The position numbers and the translations under genes were made by a program. A stretch of 55,574 nucleotides of DNA from Polymyxa betae A26-41. Taxonomy: Eukaryota; Protista; Endomyxa: Phytomyxea. The stretch lies in contig RBZT01000715.1 in the NCBI GenBank assembly GCA_003693705.1, positions 1 to 55,574 of the forward strand, written 5' to 3'. The notes under the pieces are model-generated. The model was given only the letters and a program-made list of their open reading frames with translations. It was not told the origin of the DNA and did not search any database. Below, one piece after another: positions 24,155-37,933 of this stretch (position 1 is the first letter of the stretch; the number at the start of each line of letters is the position of its first letter).

Positions 24155-25237
24155 ACGAATATATACAGATATTTCGACCTTCACCGGAACTCATTCCTTC
24201 CATCTGGACTATTGTATGTATTCTTGTGGAAAGTTTGATTGTTTCGAACAAATTCTTCATATGTCATGTGATATTCATCGACCATCGTTAACGAAGCCAC
24301 AATTTGAAAGCTGTTGCATGTAGGTTGAGGCAAAAAATTCTCTCTGATCAGTTCACTTCTGACGAGTTCGCAGGACTGCCACGATAATCATTCTATATAT
24401 TTGTGAAAGTCGCTCGAGCTTATTTATCAAAGCAGAAAGCCCTAGTCTGTTTCGCTACATAGGAGGTGAGTAAGGCACAATGAAAAAGTCAGCATCATTT
24501 CTAGAGATGCGCGTCGCTTCTACGACTGTTGTATACTGTCGAATTTTATGGATCCTAGCTGCAGTATCAATTACTTTTGAAACCACCAGATTCGCTTATG
24601 AGCATTTCACGGCAAACGCAGCATGCCAGTTTGGCTGCTTCCTGCCTGTTTGTAGCATGCAATACTTACCATATTCATAATAACTTATTTGTCAGATATC
24701 GTAATAATAAGGCTCAATGTGTTGCAGGATTTCATCTTGCTGCATTTTTGATATTTCTCTTTTGAGTATTGCACAAATCGACATACTTCTTCATTTCATT
24801 CTGTGGCATTCATGCAGTCACGCAGTTCTGATTTATGATGCTTGATAATGTGGCAGATTCGAGCTTGGCCGAGCAGCGATGATTCCAGTTTCCTTGCATT
24901 TTTCAGCTGCACTATATCTCTAACGTTGAATAGAACAGGAGATAGCTGAATTTTCTGCTTGGTTTAATTCTCAAACGATCACATTAATAGACCTCTGGAG
25001 CAATGAAAAGCGAGTGTCAGTAACTTGTGCCAGGTTGCAAATCCCATAAACTGAGAAACTTAAACTGAAAGTATTTTTGCCTTGAAACGATCAGTCACAA
25101 TCGGTCAAATCAGTGCACTATGCAATCAGGTTCTGATTGCAATTGGTTAAGCTCGGCTATCGAGGCGACTATCTATTGCACCTCAACGTAGCTATAAATT
25201 TTGAATCTTGCTTTCCAAGTTGTCAAAGCTGCTTTAG

Positions 25238-26839
25238 ATGGCAACCCATTCGAGACGATATCAATCAGCAATTGGCAGATTATATTCGATCGCGCCGAAC
25301 TGAAGGCTCGCAGGTGAGAGCCCTGGCAGCTCAATGCTCTGCATTGACTAAAAGACAGAGTAGATCGTTCAAGGTCTCATGATGCTAGCGGGTGAGCGCT
25401 TCTCGACCGATTATTTGAGCGATATTCAGAGTCAACGCGAGCTGCTTTACGAGCCGTTCATGAGCAACGACCACCGTGCCAAGCTCAGCGAGCGCCTCCG
25501 AGCCGAATTGCAACAATGGTCGAAGCAGAAATCCGAGACGATCATCACTGCCGAATTCCGCAAGGCGGCCGTTAAGATTGTCGCCGACGCTGCTCTTGAG
25601 AGTTATGTTCAACCGGCCGCGAACCGCGGCTCCCGACGCAGCCGCATTATTATAGGTAGAGATTAGCAAAATGAAAATCAGGAGTTTAATCCCTGCCAGA
25701 TGATGACACCAGAACATCGGTTTTACGAGATGTTGTTGCACAAAGTGAGAAACTTGCAGAAGGTGATGAAAAGGCTTCTGTAGACAAATTGGTAGTGAAG
25801 TTAGCTGATAGGATTGGTGGCGCTGTATAAGCGATATCCGGGGCTGGGGTATGACCCCATAACCCTAATCGGGCTGAAACTCTGTCCTACGTTAAGGTCG
25901 TTCGTCTGGGAGCGGCGTCTGAATCAGCATGGCCTGACACAACGCCTGCGAATATCGCTAGCCGAGACGATCGCGGCCAGGAATCTGGCCTCGGCGGATG
26001 CGTCGCCGTTGAAGCCACTCATCGAGCGCATCTTCGTGACGGTCGCCAGAGATCGCGACTTCATCTCGGAAACGCTTCATGACCTATTTCAAGCTCGAAG
26101 GCCAATCTGCATCGACGTCATGAATCGCTATCACATTTATACCGGCAAAGTTCGATATCGCTGTTGCTTACTGTTTTATGTCTGACGTTTTGCAGTATGG
26201 AGCCCGATATTGCGTTCTTCTTCTAACCATGATTCAAGTATCATCTTCAGCATGTTTTTCTGCATTCACTTAAGCGTTGGATAGGCGTTCCCGAACCTCG
26301 ACGATGCCGACGAGATTCTCTCCCGATTTACGGCCTTGACAAACCAAAGGCCATTGTTAGCCGTAGTAGAATTCGCCGACGAGGTCGTACGGCGATTAGC
26401 GGCGCTGGATCCGAAGCTCTCTGGTCATACTGCCGATCTTGGTCGGAGTTCGCTACTGAACGCGAATCTGGATCGCGGCGCCAAAGGCCTGGCGATAGCG
26501 CTGAATCTTTCCAGAGTCGTGGCGAAGTGGCTCGAATACGGGTTTGTCGGGTTCTTGCTGCCGAACTCACTTTTGTATATCTGGGATCAATGCATGCTGA
26601 TCGGATGGGATTCTGCAATGGCCGATTGCTGTCTAGTAGTATTGGAACTGCTCAAGCCGCAGATCTTGCAGGTATTTGTCTTGAAACATGCCCAGCGGCC
26701 ATTATATCTGATTACGATATTGCAGGCGTCCACAATTGAAGAACTTGACCACATCACTGTGATCGCAACTGGCGATTTAACACTGAAATCGGTTCGTGAG
26801 CTATTCCTGAAAGTTCGACAGCAGGATGGGAGCATGTGA
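25238..26839 (+). CDS. Rab-GAP/TBC-like C-terminal domain protein (spliced; true start upstream, unresolved)
   Basis: LRSFVWER and KWLEYGFVGFL..SLLYIWDQCMLIGW..CLVVLELLKPQILQ resemble TBC helices. Confidence 0.6.
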
Positions 26840-27040
26840 AAAACTGTCAACAAAGTATGCATCTACAACGAAATCTTCACTCAATTTGTTAACGTTTTAG
26901 CATCAGTAAAATATTTAAAGCTTAATATTTCTCTATAACAACAGATGGCTTCATGATGAATAAGCTTGATAACCTTTGGCTCAATCAAAATCGACCTGCC
27001 TGGCAATTTGAGTTGTAATCAAGATCGTTTATACATTGCA

Positions 27041-28969
27041 CTATAACATTGGAAGCCCCCTGGTGTTCCCGATAGGCGCATAGCGAATCGGACCACGTTT
27101 GGCGCTGTTTCGGACGAGAAAGAACGCGATCACCAGGATAAGAACAGGAAGGACAAACACCCATAGATTACTGATTGAAAACTTCGTATTTCTTGGTGCT
27201 GGCAACGCCAGAATTTCGGGCCTGTCAGGGAGAACGCTTCTTCTCGCTGCCTTTAGACGTAATGCTTCAAACAGGACCGATCCGATGGCCCAATCAATTC
27301 CAACACCGCCAACTTCACGAATAAATTTGACATTCGGAAACTTGTCGTTGATTTTTAAGCCCTTTGTTAACACCGAATGGATATATGCAGCACTGAAGCA
27401 GCGTTTAGCCGCCTCTTCGGGTGGGTCTTTGGTGAACCGGTCTGAGATTGCTTTCAAATCTTTACCACACCATTCTTGAGCAATCGAGTATAGTTGATCA
27501 GGGGAGCCAGCGACATCGAAGAAATCGCTGGTATAGTAAAAGTTCTCGATCGCTACAAACTCGATGCCTGCTGTCGATGGTGAATAAACTCCATTAAAGC
27601 TGCACGACTGGACCGCTGGACATTGATCGAGTTGTAAGAGAGGAGGCATCAACGCCATACATTGACCAAAATCTCCCGGACGCGACGTCTCAGGAACACA
27701 TGGGTTCTTTGAACCCGACCTAAGCACAAATTAATCCAACCAATCAGGTGAAATACTGGAAAATGGCAAAACAACAACGAGAACTGAGTGGGACAAAAGT
27801 GCAAAAGAAAGAATTTTACAGAAGACAATCAGATCATACCCAATATTGACCTCAAGCCGATCAAGCGCTTGATCTAAACCATATCCTAGAAACGAATGCG
27901 TATACAGAGGGTAGATCTGACCGCCAATCGGTACTGGCAGAATGGCCCTCTCATCGACCTGAGCGATATTAGCTGGTGGAAGAAGGCACAAAAAATCAGC
28001 CGAACCTTTTCGTTGGGATTGGGGATGAAAGAGACTTGCATGGAGGCGCCACCCATCTCGATGACCCCAATAGGGCTCAAATGAGCGTTCGGTTGTGTGC
28101 CAAACCGGCCCAATAAATAGTTGGCCGCAATCCATCCGAATGTTCCTTCTTCTTTTCCTGTGATGACATTCGCCCAATCGCGTTCGAACTGAAAAGCCTG
28201 GAAACAAGATTAGCAAAGAGAAATATGTAGGCCTCCATTTAAAACGCCAAAAAGAATGGAGTGCTAAACCTGGAAAAAAAAGTGGAAACTTTTGCGAAAC
28301 GTGCAAGCTAAATAATAAGGCCGACCGTTCTAGAGATTGCTTCCGCACAATGATCCAGGATCTCAGCAGCTTCTGATTGGGTAACAGATCGAAGACCCGC
28401 TGTAGCTTTCAAGAAGACAGGAGTCCTCCTCCAATGTGATTGCGGCACATTGTCCAAGGCATGTTCCAGTAAATCCCGAATGGACTGAGCAGCCTGAGCT
28501 GGATTCGACGTATATGATGATAGACCCGGTTTCACTTTATGTGTGAATTTCGACTAAAAAATTTCGCATTAGAAAACAAGATTTCCCAATGAATAACCAG
28601 ATGATCTTTAACAAAAATAGTCTGAAATCTGCATGCAACAACCAGCTGAAAATCAAAAAGAAACTTTCGATAAAAGATGCGGTGCAAGCAAAACCATTCG
28701 AACCAACACAATCAGAAATCTGGCTCGAAGCACTCAACAAAGCCGTCAGGCTTTCCGGATGGTGTTTGAAATCAAAACTGGGGCCAGACCTTGACTTCCG
28801 GCAGTGTCGATTCTTGGTGCATGTTCACGAGATGGACATGGACTCGGGAGCCGCTACTGCCGCCGTCTATCGTAACCATATACATGAGACCGTCATCGTC
28901 GCCTGCGACCAGGGCGGCTACGACGCAGACTACAGCGACTCCGGCGCCGAATAGCAAGCCCAGGCGCAT
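27041..28969 (-). CDS. GDA1/CD39-family apyrase (NTPDase) with signal peptide and C-terminal TM
   Basis: Apyrase conserved regions IDGGSSGSRVH, KPGLSSY, LKATAGLR, EMGGASMQ, HSFLGYG, CSFNGVY, DWAIG. Confidence 0.95.
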
Positions 28970-29879
28970 ACGTCGTCGGAGTAGTTGGGCGGTGTGCGTC
29001 CGAAAGCGCCGATTGCGGTATGGCGGCAGGTTGCTGCTCTCAACCTTCTTCTCGATCTTGGGGGTGATGGGGTCTCACCCGGCTTTTCTCAATATTGCAG
29101 CGATAAGTGAACCGTTGGAGTCGTTATTGTGGATCGGCACAGACAATCGAGGATATTTTTTTGTTCAAAATGAAATCGTGCTCATTTGGCCATTTCCGAT
29201 CAATTTGCCAATGTTATAAAAAAATAATCCAGAACTACAAAAATTTATCACCCATTGCATTGAACTTGCTCAGCATTTTTCGCTGCTGTAGCTCCAGAAT
29301 TAGAGATCGCTTACAGTTACCGATTCAAAACTTTCCAGAAACTTTGCATATTTTTTCAAAATCGTTACGTGTTTTTTTCAAAATTTTGAAAGCTGTGCTA
29401 AATGCTAAACCCGAGGTGTAAGCCCCAGAAATTGGATCGTATCGTTTTTACAAATCAGAACTAGTATCATGCTGTATGTGTGTTTTGATGCTGTTGGATG
29501 TTGGCATGGTGTACAGTATTGTCGTAGGTAGTTTTGGCGACCAGGGCGAAGCCCTTCTGATGATCCTGTGTCTCAACCGATCGTGCATCCCACGAATCCA
29601 TCCACAATCGCGAAGCCAATCTTCATCTTTCTGCGACCCTGAATTATAACCAGTATTTTTCAAGTACACTGTCAATCGTTGAGCAGGAAGTCGTCGAGTC
29701 TTGACCAGCAGCTTTTCACACGCTCACAGTCATTCGAAGAGGTTATGGACACAGCTGCGAGAAAACTTCTATCTCAACAATGTACTGAAAAACTTCATGG
29801 TGATGGGTCTTTCTAACAAGGCCAACTGGGCCGTTTGGTTTCCTTGATGCCCGTAAGCGAAGGGTTGCTGGCTGACTAT

Positions 29880-29934
29880 GGGCGGGTGGGGTCATGGGGT
29901 TAGTTACATATGGGTGGGGTCATGCGGTTAGTTA
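29880..29934 (+). repeat. 23-bp direct repeat with G-quadruplex motif upstream of CFAP44
   Basis: GGGTGGGGTCATG(G/C)GGTTAGTTA at 29884-29906 and 29912-29934. Confidence 0.7.
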
Positions 29935-30076
29935 GAGACAGGTCCTGCTTCGCGTGATGGATCGGGTGCCCTCATTCTCTTACTGTCTTCATAACTAATA
30001 CGACGACGCCGCCTGCATTTGTCGAGGCCATGTGACGAGTATAGTGCCAGATTGAATCTGAGTACGACAAAGATCC

Positions 30077-33000
30077 ATGTCGGCTGAAGAGGCCAGGCCT
30101 GAACCTGAGCCAGATCAGGCGGCGTCGGCGCCGGATCGGGTCTACGATGCTGATAAACTCTGGCCTGATTATGGCATTGGCCAGATGTCCAGATGTTGTG
30201 CTGTTTTGCATGGCTCGTTAGGATACTCAACCCATCGGTCAAATCTGTATTTTCTGAAATCACCAGACATTATAGTATATATTGCTGGGCATCAGCTTAT
30301 TTTCGTGACGCTAGAAACCGGAGAGAAATCGTTTCTATCGAGTCATGATGCAGCAATTGGAGCCATAGCTATCCATCCATCTAATAACTTTATCGCTGTT
30401 GCCGAAGGAAATGTTATCGTTGTGTATTCGTTCCCGAAATTAGACCCTGTTCGAGTGCTTCGACAAGGAAGTGAACGTGGCTATGCCGATTTAACTTTCA
30501 ACTCAATTGGCGACCAATTAGCGTCAATTGGGACTGAACCCGACTATCAGCTGATTATTTGGAATTGGGACCAGGAGAAGATCCTGCTACGTACGAAAGC
30601 GTTCAGCCAGGATATATATCGGGTGAGGTTCTCGCCTCGTTATGCTGGACGATTAGTCACATGTGGTACTGGACATATTCGATTTTGGACCATGGCCCGG
30701 ACGTTCACTGGAATGAAGCTACAAGGACATATTGGGAAATTCGGTGCCATCGACCTCTCAGATATCGCCGCTTTCGCCGAATTGCCTGATGGGAAAGTCA
30801 TTTGTGGAACTGAATCGGGCGACTTGCTTGTCTGGGAAGACGCCTTAATTGCGTACACGATTGTGCAATCGGATGGAAAGTCGTGCCATGAAGGAATGAT
30901 TGAGCATATCGATGTTGACCAGAACGGCACCCAACTAGTTACGGCTGCCAGAGATGGAAAAATAAAGCGCTGGAATATCGAAGAATTGGCGTTCGTTGAT
31001 GTCCCAGATCATGACCGCTACTATCGAATGATGCCAACTAACGTTTATACATTACCAGACATATCGATAGTGACGCTTGTGGAAGCTGACAAGAGCCGGT
31101 GCTTTATTCAAAACCTCAACGGATCGATTCTGTCTGTTCAGTTAACCGATCCACCTCAGATTACGGTTTTACATCAATTCCATTCCGGCTCGATTTCTGC
31201 AGTATTAACATTACCAAACGCATACGAGGCTATCACTTTCGGCTGCGATCGAACTATACGCCTCTGGGATTTGATCTCGCTGAAATTGATCTGTGAACAG
31301 CAGTATCCGACTTCCATTACATCTGCGATCTGGGCCACGAAGCGTATTGCTGTCGCTGGGTTCTCTGACGGTACCATACGATGTCTGGACGTCAATTCCG
31401 GATCTATCCATCTAGCCTTTGCTTGTAAACCACATCGAAAGCCAGTACAATGTCTGGCTTCCAGCTTGTCAAATCTAGCAACTGCATCTTCTGACCAAAC
31501 CGTATTCTTGTTTCATATCGCACTCGAAACAAAATTCTCTTTAAATCCTATCGGGTTCATCAACATCAGTGGTGCTATTCACTCTTTGGACTTCGATCCA
31601 GTGCATGATGACGTGTTAATCATAGCAGCTGGACAGCAGCTTCATCGGCTAAAATGTCCCAAGCCCGGCTCGATTGATACGACTGCCTCTTACGAGATTG
31701 CAGCTGACATCTCATCATTTATTATCGATTTGCAATCGGTTGTTTCTGCTAAGAAATTGCGGCAAATTCGAGCGCATGCTGAATCGCAGACAGCATCTGC
31801 TGAAAGCGCAGTCGATGCCAATTCCCAACTAAATATTTCTGCTAGTGTCAATGCGGCAGCAGATGAGCACTGTAATCAGCCGGAAATACGCTGTGTAAAA
31901 TACTCTCGTGACGGGGCCAGCATCCATGTGGCGTTCGATGGCGACGATTACGGTCCGATGGTTTTCAACTGCGATTCCAACACCCTTTCTTTGTTGTCGT
32001 ATCACGAATTACTAAGCAATGGGGTCGTCTGCCAAATCCAACTTGGAATGGAATCTGATATATGTGTCTCTTTATCTGACGGTTCTGTGGAATTACGACG
32101 CAATGATGCCGCTATTCGAATTGTTGGACATGATCGCGGGCTGGTCTGTCATAACCTGTCATTCGATGGGCGATTATTAGTTACATCTGGTGCGGATGGC
32201 AATGTTCACGTTTACCGAGTCAGTATCGATCGTGCATGGGAGTATTATCGGCTGCTTGTTCCCGATCAAGAAATTCAATTAGATTCGGTTGACGCCATCG
32301 TAGGCACATTGCCTGAACCGCAGCAGCAAACCCAGCAAGCGGTTGAATATTCAAGTCAAGATATCACAGATCAAACAGCATATTCATTGCAGGAGGCAAA
32401 ACTTAAGCAGGGAGCCGATAACGAGCAAGCTGCTGCCGAATTCAGGAAGAACCATATACGCGAACAAATTCGGAAAATGCGACAAGAATTTGTCGAAATC
32501 CAGAATCAATGTGAAAAGTTGGGCATCGCCCTCCCAGTCGATGTCGACCCGACTTTGATTTCGCGATTACAAGCACAAGCCGCGGCCGATATTGAACAGC
32601 TGCGTCAGGAACAGGCTTGGCATATTGAACGTCGTATTGTCGCCCTGAACAAGCTGAAGAAACGTTATCTGGATCAACTTATAGTTGAGCATATCGAGCT
32701 GCGAGCGATTCGCCGTCCGACCAGCGTTTCATCGTTCCGAACCGTGGAGTTCCCAGCTGCCCTGAAGAAAGACATCAATGCCGTTCGCGAGATCATTTCG
32801 GCAGCTCAACGTATCGATGAGAAGCGCCATCATGACTCTTTGCGAAAATCCACTAACGAGATTGTCCTCTCACTTCCATCGAAAACGACGCAACGCTCTT
32901 CAGCAATGGCTGTACAAAATTTACCGAAAGGTATGGAATCGTTATACAGGAGTACAGAAATCACATGTTTTTTTAGGTGATGCTCGAAAGCAGGAGAATT

Positions 33001-35395
33001 TAGCAAGGGGAATGCGGCGGGCTGAATTAGAGCGCTTGAAACCTAGCGCTAATGAAGCCCGTCCTGAGGACATCGAAGCAATTAGATATGCCGAAGAGAA
33101 CATGGGCGATTACAAGTTGAAATCTGCTGATTCTTATGTTGTTCCTGTTTCTCTGCGTGTCAATGCTGTGCAAAAACGCAGACAGATGCTGCTCATTCAG
33201 GAAAGTATGCAGAAGATCAAACTGGAATTCAACCAGCGGTTCTTGGCATTACGCGATATGAAGCGCCGCCTTATGGAGAACATCACCCGTGACGGAAAGC
33301 GTGTTAATGAGCTGAATCATATCCTCAACGATCTTGATGACGACAAGACGTACGAGACCAAACAATACCCAGACGAGTGGCCGGAAAATCGCGACCTGGT
33401 CACAAGAGATGATCTGAAACAGTATAAGAAATTGCTGAAAGAGCGACGCCTAGCACAGGAAACAGCGAAAAAATCCAATGCGTATGGGGGATCAACTGTC
33501 GCTGCTGAAGCAGCGGTCGCATCGGACAGTGATGATGGCGATGAGAATGTTGAGACAACTGTCACTAAGCAATCGTCGGGGATCGCAACCGAAATCAGTG
33601 AAAACGAAAAGTTACATTCAGATTTGCTGAAATCGCTGCCAAGATCAACCATGGAAAAACGGCGTCACGACGCCAAGCTTCGACTGCTTCGGCACGAGAG
33701 AGACACGCTTCGTGATAAAATTCGATCGACCATTATTGCGTTCGACGATGCTGTCGAGGAACTTCGCCAAGAGAAATTCCGACTGGAAGCCGACCTGAAG
33801 CAGACCGAAATCAAAATGCTGATTCTCTACCAAGAATTGCAATTACTTAAATCATTTGACGACAGAGAGGTAAACAGGTTTTGTGCTGTCCAGCCTTATT
33901 CCCATTAATGATTAATTAGTCAAAACTTTCAGCATCACTGGAAAGGAGTCGAGCCGATAAAGCACAGATTGTGCTCGATCTAACCGAATGTCAAGCGAAG
34001 ATCACCGATAAACTCAAAGAGATCACCGAATGGCAGGAGAAGGACCAGCGTCTCTCTGCAGAATTTCGGACGGTAGTCGGTGGTGATAAGCACCCAGCGT
34101 ATGCCGCCCTTTTGAAAATTTACAAAAGGAAAATCAAGCGGACCAAGAAGAAATCGGAATCGAATATGAACGATGACGAAGACGATGACCGTAGAAGTCT
34201 CGATGCTTCAGATGATGACAGTGACGATGATTTCATGAACGACTCGAATTCTGATAGCGATGATGACGACGACGACGCTTGTCCCCCAAATTGCGATAAC
34301 GTCACCTATGAACGTGTGCTGGAACTTCGAGAACGGCGTCTCGATCACGAGGACCAACTCGTTGTGTTTAATCGGGCTGTGGACGACCTGAAACAAACTA
34401 ACGATCGATTAATGGCCAGAGAGAAGGCCATCGATCGAGATCTACGAAACAACGATTCAGAGACGGAGGCATTCCAGAGTGAAAAGCAGCGAGCATTGAA
34501 TCAGATTGATGTCACCGTTCCGTTACGAATATCCCAGTTTCAGTACATGAGTGGAGATCCACCAGCACCGCCTGATACGTTAAGTCGAGCTTTGATATTT
34601 ACACAAACGTAACAATCCAGTTTATTGCCAGTCTACGATATAATTCTTGTCAGGGCTTTAGATCGACTACAAGATCGCATCAAGGTGCTTCAAACGGAGA
34701 AGGTCACTCTTCGCCGCGACCAGAACGACCTTCGGCAACAGCACAAGACGTTAACGCGAGAGTTGCGCTCAATGAGCGCCGCTATTGACGTTGAACGAAA
34801 ACGCTGTGAAGAAGTCCAGGTACTGAAATTCGGTCGCCTGGTTGATATCGACAAATTGGAATCGGCGTCGTCCAGTTCGATAGCGAACGAAATGGCCGCC
34901 CAACTGGAAAGCCTGCAGAAGCAATGGGCGAGGAAGCTGAGCGTTCTTGAACAGAAGATTTCCGAAGCCGACAAGCAGTGTTCTCTGGTGACCGGCGAGA
35001 ACACCAAATTGCTGCACCTGGTAGCCGAATTGACCTCCAGGCAATTTGAACTCGACCATCAGCTGAACGCCGCCTCAGAATCCCCTCATCTTGCTGACAG
35101 GTGACTTTTGATTTTAAATCGTTTTCATGTCTAACTCCATTTTGACAGTACTGGACCATCTGCTCGCCATGATGTTGAAGAGCGTATTCGCCTTGTGAAA
35201 CTGGTTCAGGCACAGGCCGACGAAATTGAACATCTGAAAGCAGAATTAGCAATGCTTCGTAGAAAAGGCGGTTATCTCTATGGACCTGGACCTGAACTTC
35301 ACAACCGACATAAGCAATTGGAACCAGGATTGACGAACGAGATTGTGGATGTGGCTGGCCTTCAAAGGGAAGATTCTGCCCTACCTCCGATATAA
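30077..35395 (+). CDS. CFAP44: Cilia- and flagella-associated protein 44 (WD40 + coiled coil), about 5 exons
   Basis: LRTKAFSQDIY, GTGHIRFWTMARTFTGMKLQGHIGKFG, AYSLQEAK, NMGDYKLKSADSYVVP, CPPNCD..VLELRERRLD, LKFGRLVD, terminal LRRKGG. Confidence 0.95.
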
Positions 35396-35475
35396 ATGCC
35401 TGATGTTATTAATACTCAAGTCCTCACAGCAGCAACATGGATAGACCAGACGAAACCTTAATTTTGATCGTTATA

Positions 35476-35930
35476 GGATTGGATTGGATTTAACTAGTTC
35501 TCTGATCTCATCTAGTATAAACAGGCGGTGTTATCACCTAGCACAATACCAAAGGACTCACTTGGTCACTATTCCTTTGAACTACTGAAACTTATAATAA
35601 CCGCGGGTCGCGTCTGCGGGTGAATCCGATTACGGGTACTCCGAATGCATTGCCCTGATATGAACCAGAATACGTTTTCTGATACAATTGGTACGGTGGG
35701 ACTTTTGTACCGAATCTCGCTGGCACCCCGATTATCAGACCATGAATGGCATGCTATGAATCCATTGCCGATTGTTTGTGCTTGATTACATCCGTTAAGG
35801 AGTATTTCTGTCAAAGAGAGTCGAAGCAGTTGCTTTACAGGGCTGCAGGCAGAGGAGCGCCTTTGCGCACAAAGACTACTTGAATTCTGATGTTTTAGCA
35901 CAACCAAACATTCCCGATTATTTATACAAC
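35476..35930 (-). mobile_element. Non-LTR retroposon 3' fragment with (CCAAT)n tail
   Basis: Minus strand ends CCGCCTGTT..AACTAGTTAAATCCAATCCAATCC, similar to the 2307-2362 insert. Distal boundary is a guess. Confidence 0.5.
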
Positions 35931-35950
35931 ATTAAGTGAATAGATAGAAA

Positions 35951-37715
35951 TTATGGAGACATTGGACATTGACCAGCTCCGATTCTTTCCAATGCACGAA
36001 GATGATGACGCATCTGGTGCAAAATCTCGTTGAACGCTGTGATTTCGTCGGTAACGACACCTTGCGCCAGCAGCATCTCAACAAAAGCATACCCGGAGAC
36101 TAAGAAGGGCACCCACGACAAGAATTCAGGTAATTCTAATCCTATCAGCCATAATAGTGGAAACAGTAACAGAGCTACAGCCGTTCTCCTGTGGTGATTC
36201 GTCCGACGAGAATCAGCTTCCTAACAACAGCCTCAGAAATGGCGCTTTCCACTTCAATTAGACAAATACCTTTCTCCCGGAAATACAAATAGCGATGGAA
36301 GTCCTCATCAGAGCCCAATCTACTTGATCGATCGTGTCCAAAGGCCACTTGATCAAATCGGGGCCTTGCCTTGGGTTAATCGACAAATCTTGCTCCCTCC
36401 CCCTGAAGATAGCTTGAACGCCCCAATGGTCGCTCAAAGGAATTTGGCCTAAAGTGCATTCAGAATCAAGAAAATTGCCCCCAAAATGATCCGACTTGGT
36501 GAATTTGAACTTGAATCGATCATGTAATCAATCAATAAAGAGCACGAAGTTAACGTCCAGTCCACATTATTATTGTTGATCTCTGCTAGCCTCAGGTACA
36601 AAATATAATCCAGGCGCTGGGGAGCCACGCCCTTATGGTATGAGAATGCATTATCTGACGTGCCGAAGGTACAGCCCACTTTTTCACCCTTGAGCTCCTA
36701 GACAGAGTTGAAACCTGACAAGGCCGAAGAAAGCGTCTCCTTTACCTCAAGGTCGGCATTGCATGTTAACCATGCATCTTGCAATCTAACGAATTGTCTC
36801 ATTAGACTCATAGGTATGGAAGTAGGCCAGCAGTTAAAATCTCCCATAACAATCACCTGGAACCGGTCATCATTTTGCCATTAATTTCCTGTTCATGAGC
36901 ATACCAATGGAGCTCGAGCAGTCGCCCTGATGAATTGCGCCGCTTCGAAAGCCTGGCCAACACGATGTGCTTGATATTCGTCTTGTTCTGGTGAATGGAC
37001 ATACATTGCATGAAGGTGTGTCACATACAAATCTATCGGGCCACAAGGTGACTTCAAACGAATCAATCCAACACCTCGTCCTGCCAAATAATCGGAATGA
37101 TGGAGCTAAGAATCGATCGTTAGGATTCGCTCCATCCAGATTCCCAAATTCCCTACTTTATATGGCTTTCCGTTCACCAGAAAACGTTTCCAAATGACAT
37201 CATCGATTGGCAACCTCGACAAGATCAACAATCCAGTTCCATGCGATCCTGGGCAATACAGATTCAACGGGTTTTCAAAGGAACTCGTGCGCTAACCAGG
37301 CCAGAATGGCAGGCCGACGCCACACGCAAAGTAGTGGGCATAAACCAGCCCGGCTTTCCTGCCAGCTTCTCGTAGAATGTCTCGCTCCCGACTATGCCAG
37401 ACCTGCCCATAGCATTTAACATCCGGCAATACAATAGACAGAGTTGGTCACTTCTTGAAGGGCCACGACGTCAAACTCGCCGATGCGATCGCAGATTGCA
37501 TTGATTCTGGTCTCGATATGCGGTAGGAAGTACAGGCCCCAGACGTTTAAGGTCAGCACCCTAATCGTAAAGTATCCTTCAGCATCGACGACCAGATTCG
37601 GTTCGTCGGCGATTCCTGAGCTACGTCGGCTGCCGGTGCCAATCTCGCGACGCATCGCGCCTCGTTTCTTGACAAACGCGATATCGCGGTAGAGGCGGTT
37701 CAGCATCCACCACAT
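35951..37715 (-). CDS. SMPD2: Neutral sphingomyelinase / ISC1-like phospholipase C (multi-exon)
   Basis: RVLTLNVWGL, DVVALQEV, YVTHLHAMY..YQAHRVGQ, GDFNC, RLDYILY, LSDHWGV; C-terminal TM segments. Confidence 0.9.
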
Positions 37716-37933
37716 ACTGCCGAGGATGGTCAGAATTCGATCTGCTATCTAGGATCGGTCGTCGTTATATCACATAGAGCAGCGATTGTTCGGCCGGGTG
37801 AATTCTACCTTTAATTGGGAAGAAACAATAGAGGCCGCGTACACTCTCACTAATCGACCCGATCAAGATCGTACTGTTGATTTCATCGGGATTACATGAG
37901 ACCGTCAAAAATGTGATTGCCGAAGCTGGAATA

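Noticed and set aside
24180-25050. Possible small minus-strand gene
   Set aside because: Open fragments exist, but no consistent exon chain or recognisable domain could be built.
29430-29850. Possible transposase fragment
   Set aside because: Only vague DG-like similarity; not supportable.
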